Source: Promethearchaeati archaeon
GTDB taxonomy: Archaea > Asgardarchaeota > Heimdallarchaeia > JABLTI01
Reading direction: 5' to 3'
Length of the DNA: 11,020 nt
Assembly: GCA_013166835.1 (NCBI GenBank)
Contig: JABLTI010000090.1
Span: 1-11,020, forward strand
Shown here piece by piece: positions 8,003-11,020 of the stretch. A model generated the notes under the pieces. The model worked only from the letters and a program-made list of their open reading frames with translations, made no database searches and was not told the DNA's origin. The stretch's first letter is position 1. Every line of letters starts with the position of its first letter. A program made the translations under genes and the position numbers.

Positions 8003-8362
8003 CTATCCATCAAGATTGATTTCTTCATCAAATCTTTCAGCGAGTTTTTTGTCGATTTCATCTTGGGCTTTTTTAGCTTTATAAGCAGCATATTCAATAT
8101 CTTCAACCATTCGATCAAAAATTGGTTTGAAAGAATCTTTTAGGCATTGAAATTCTCCACTTGGATTAAAGGTAGCTACTTTTTCTTTTTCTTCATTGAA
8201 AACATGAAAGAGTGTTTTTACTCGAGCATCTTCAGAGGATTCATCAATCCCTTCGGGAATTTGCTCCTCTAGAGAATAGCTTTTGTCACAGAATTTTTCA
8301 AAAGCCATAGGTATTCTAACAGCTATTCCTAAATGAATATAGTAGTCTACGTTATCACTCAT
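8003..8362 (-). CDS. Hypothetical acidic protein, 119 aa
   Basis: ATG-started ORF filling the gap between two genes, with SD-like GAGGGA and TATAAATA about 35-40 nt upstream; no family recognised. Confidence 0.8.
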   Translation of the reverse strand: MSDNVDYYIHLGIAVRIPMAFEKFCDKSYSLEEQIPEGIDESSEDARVKTLFHVFNEEKEKVATFNPSGEFQCLKDSFKPIFDRMVEDIEYAAYKAKKAQDEIDKKLAERFDEEINLDG

Positions 8363-8443
8363 TAGTATCCCTCAATTCAAGTTTGATTGTCTACTATTTA
8401 TATGTTGTCGGATGATCAAAATGTGATATTTTCTAGGATATTC

Positions 8444-9202
8444 TTATTTCTTTATCAGATAGCGATATCTAAAACATTCTTTTAATCCTACTTTCTTGTA
8501 GAGAGCTATTGCAGCTTGATTATCTCCTTGCACACACAAATAAGTACTATGAATTGAATGTTCTTTTCCCCAGTCCACCATTTTAGCAATTAAAGAACCA
8601 GCAATTCCTTGACGACGAACAACAGGATTTACCAGCATATCAAAAATTCCTAAATTTCCTTGTTCTAGAACTGCCATACCAATTCCGATAATTTCTTTGT
8701 CTTGTTTAACAGAAAAGAAGCTTTTGGGTTGGAGTATTCTACTTATGATTGCTTTCTGTCCATCAATTCGTTCTTGTGTTGCTCTTCCAGAAGCTAACAT
8801 TGAGTTAAACCATTCATTCTTTGTTTCGGAGGTATTTTGATAGGAATAATTTTGATTGATTGGAATATCTGGTATATCTTTAATTTTTGCAGTCATCACG
8901 AGGGTTTCATCTATTATTTTATAGCCATTTTCGAGAAGTGTCTCGAGAAGATTCTGTGGTTCAAAATAATCTGGGAGTTGAAAAATAACAGGTAATTCAT
9001 TCTTAGCATAAATAGCTTCTATAACTTGAATGTCTTTTAGAAGTTTCTCCCCATAATAAATCAAAGGCATAACACTATTAGCTCTTTTCGTTACACCCTC
9101 AGAAATTCTCGCTACCCAACCATTTAACAAATAACAAAACTTTGCTGGCCAAGCGTTTGTCGATAATTCTTGGTAAAATCTTATTAATTGTTTATTTGAC
9201 AT
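8444..9202 (-). CDS. GNAT family N-acetyltransferase
   Basis: N-terminal NAWPA...GW..R..G.TKRANSV; acetyl-CoA motif RRQGIA; LCVQGDNQAAIALYKKVG. Confidence 0.92.
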   Translation of the reverse strand: MSNKQLIRFYQELSTNAWPAKFCYLLNGWVARISEGVTKRANSVMPLIYYGEKLLKDIQVIEAIYAKNELPVIFQLPDYFEPQNLLETLLENGYKIIDETLVMTAKIKDIPDIPINQNYSYQNTSETKNEWFNSMLASGRATQERIDGQKAIISRILQPKSFFSVKQDKEIIGIGMAVLEQGNLGIFDMLVNPVVRRQGIAGSLIAKMVDWGKEHSIHSTYLCVQGDNQAAIALYKKVGLKECFRYRYLIKK

Positions 9203-9225
9203 AATTGATAGATGGTTTTTCTTTA

Positions 9226-9233
9226 TTATAAAA
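9226..9233 (-). promoter_or_regulatory. TATA-like box of the GNAT gene (possibly leaderless mRNA)
   Basis: TTTTATAA ends about 24 nt upstream of ATG 9202 and no clear SD is present. Confidence 0.45.
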
Positions 9234-9277
9234 TGAACGTCTAAGCTGAAGAAATAGTTAAGCAGGTAAAATCTCTC

Positions 9278-10603
9278 TTATTCCGGATTTTCTACATCTA
9301 CATGAACACTAAAAATACCACCTGACCACTGAGCATAGATACCTCGATTGTCAAAGGTTTTATAGCAAAAAATTTGATAGGTAATAAATACGTCTGGAAT
9401 TGGGATATAAGTAAAGGTTCGAGATATTCCTGAATAAATCACTGTTTCTGAGGAACCATTCACAATAAACAATTTGTAATACCAACCAGGCAGGTAATTC
9501 TTTGGTTGAGACCAACTGAAAGTTATTTTACGTAAACCATCACTTAATCCTCTGAATCGCCTACACATAAGTGGTTGGAAATAGTATGGACTATCAAATT
9601 TATCAGTTGGATCGGTAAAAAAAACATGTATTTCATCATAATCCAAGTACCCATCAGAATCTGTGTCTTCTCTTGTAGGGTTAGTCATCCAACCATCTGT
9701 TCCTGGATGAATCTCTTCTTGATCTGTAATGAAATCATTATCAGTATCATTGCTTGTATAATCACAATTGTATTGTTGTTCTGTTACAGCATCTAATGTA
9801 TCATTATCAAAATCCAAATTTTGAACATACTGCCAGAAATAAAATAAGAAACCAGCTGTTAATTTAATGGCTTGTCCTACAAGGTAAGAAGCAATATCTA
9901 GCCACAGCAGATAATCATAACCTGTACTTTCAATGATAGAATGATAAGGATGAGCTAATAGTGCTGCTTGATGAATCCAAGCTTTAGTGTTAATATTTCC
10001 TTCCCAATCCATGGGAGGAGAATAAGTTCCATTTTGTGGTTTTGGGATATTTCCATAAACAAATTGTATATTGCAGAAAGACTCATAGTCGATATGATAT
10101 CCAAAAGGATCATTGCTTGCGTGATGGGGAACAGTAACATCTTGTAGGAGATGGATTGCATAACCTAAGTAATAATAAGCTCGAGTTTTGTTAAGATGGT
10201 ATCCATTGATACCCAGATAACAATTCACTGCCATTTCAAAGTATTCTTGAGCATGATAAGGAGCCCCAATGTTTCCATATAACCCAGTCAAAGATTCAGG
10301 ATTCCAGTAGTGTTCCCTCTTCACAAATAGAACAGAATCATAATCTTCTTGTGCTCTATTCAGAACATCTCTATAATCAGTAGGCAAAGCCACAATCTCA
10401 CTTCTGAGCAAATAAAATGGATGGGTATCATTTGTACTATCAGACCCCAATAAATTTAGAGCTTCCCAAATTAATATATCGTGAAATCCACCACTAGGAT
10501 ATGCAGAAGGATATGAGTAGCTTATTTTGTTTGACTTGAGAAATAATGGAACACTAAGTAGACTTATGATGATAAAGCACTGCAGGATCCTTTTCTTAAA
10601 CAT
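9278..10603 (-). CDS. Secreted Zn-dependent phospholipase C/S1-P1-fold protein with thrombospondin type 3-like Ca-binding repeats and a C-terminal beta-rich (FN3-like) domain
   Basis: Signal-like N-terminus MFKKRILQCFIIISLLSVPLFL; metal motifs GFH, EDYD, EHYWNP, LGYAIHLLQDVTVPHH, HIDYE. ATG 10603 with GGAG 9 nt upstream is preferred over TTG 10618. Confidence 0.82.
   Translation of the reverse strand: MFKKRILQCFIIISLLSVPLFLKSNKISYSYPSAYPSGGFHDILIWEALNLLGSDSTNDTHPFYLLRSEIVALPTDYRDVLNRAQEDYDSVLFVKREHYWNPESLTGLYGNIGAPYHAQEYFEMAVNCYLGINGYHLNKTRAYYYLGYAIHLLQDVTVPHHASNDPFGYHIDYESFCNIQFVYGNIPKPQNGTYSPPMDWEGNINTKAWIHQAALLAHPYHSIIESTGYDYLLWLDIASYLVGQAIKLTAGFLFYFWQYVQNLDFDNDTLDAVTEQQYNCDYTSNDTDNDFITDQEEIHPGTDGWMTNPTREDTDSDGYLDYDEIHVFFTDPTDKFDSPYYFQPLMCRRFRGLSDGLRKITFSWSQPKNYLPGWYYKLFIVNGSSETVIYSGISRTFTYIPIPDVFITYQIFCYKTFDNRGIYAQWSGGIFSVHVDVENPE
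9590..9814 (-). repeat. Asp-rich TSP3-like Ca-binding protein repeats within the PLC gene
   Basis: DFDNDTLDAVTE, DTDNDFITDQEE, TNPTREDTDSDGYLDYDE, TDPTDKFDSP. Confidence 0.8.
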
Positions 10604-10815
10604 AGAATGTGACTCCAATTAAGATATCTCTTTTGATTTTAATTGGGTTGTGATTAGTATTATAATTAGCAGCTGCTTAAAATGTAAATCACATCATTCC
10701 TCTATTAGGAAATCAATGTTGAATTCTTCTAGAACTTTGTTTCCACGGGGGATTCTACCGGATTGTTTCCCTTGAATCAAACCATATAAATAACTATCTA
10801 GACTATCAACATCTT

Positions 10816-11020
10816 TTAGCAATCATACGATAACTTAGTTCCAACAAGACATGGTTTTATTATGTCACTTTTAATATGAGATCTCAAACGATCTATTGTG
10901 TTTTGTCCTGAACAGTGATTGAAGTAAAGTTTGGGTGAACTATATTTATTCATGAGTTTCCCTGCTACAAAATCAACTTCTTCTTCTGAGAAGCGAAACA
11001 TATGTGTGCCACCAATAATC
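10816..11020 (-). CDS. C-terminal part of an MBL-fold metallo-hydrolase (COG1237-like), 5'-partial
   Basis: The frame stays open past the tracked Met to the window edge: IIGGTHMFRF...LYFNHCSG, matching the GGxH and HC(T/S)G motifs. Confidence 0.8.
   Translation of the reverse strand, partial: IIGGTHMFRFSEEEVDFVAGKLMNKYSSPKLYFNHCSGQNTIDRLRSHIKSDIIKPCLVGTKLSYDC

Noticed and set aside
9575-10161. ORFs 9575-9796 (+) and 9955-10161 (-)
   Set aside because: Both lie inside the PLC gene in other frames; the main frame is uninterrupted.
10737-10770. GGAAAC pair as a CRISPR repeat remnant
   Set aside because: Only two 8-bp copies 26 nt apart; no array and no cas genes.
10741-10775. Cobalamin riboswitch-like words on the minus strand (AGGGAA...CCGGTAGAATCC...CCCG)
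   Set aside because: The complementary stem, GCAACTGT and B12 box are missing, and the downstream gene is unrelated to B12.
10816-11001. Stand-alone 61-aa protein from the ORF track
   Set aside because: The Met is internal; the frame continues to the window edge with the GGTH motif.

Overview
AT-rich, gene-dense window with 12 coding regions (11 on the minus strand, one partial gene at each edge). No tRNA, rRNA, CRISPR array or mobile element is visible. TATA-like boxes about 25-55 nt upstream of starts, a GAGGTGA Shine-Dalgarno and oligo-T terminators suggest an archaeon; the gene mix fits an Asgard/Heimdallarchaeia-like genome, but that is inference only. Gene order: MBL-fold hydrolase (missed by the ORF track), tag glycosylase, two tandem membrane-anchored HSL-type esterase/lipase paralogs, flavodoxin, orphan receiver protein, alpha/beta hydrolase, DegV, 119-aa hypothetical, GNAT, a secreted Zn-dependent phospholipase C/S1-P1-fold protein with Ca-binding repeats, and a second MBL-fold gene. 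The main signal is a cluster of ester-lipid-related genes (PLC, three Ser hydrolases, divergent DegV), possibly for scavenging foreign lipids, plus a structured region upstream of the PLC gene.
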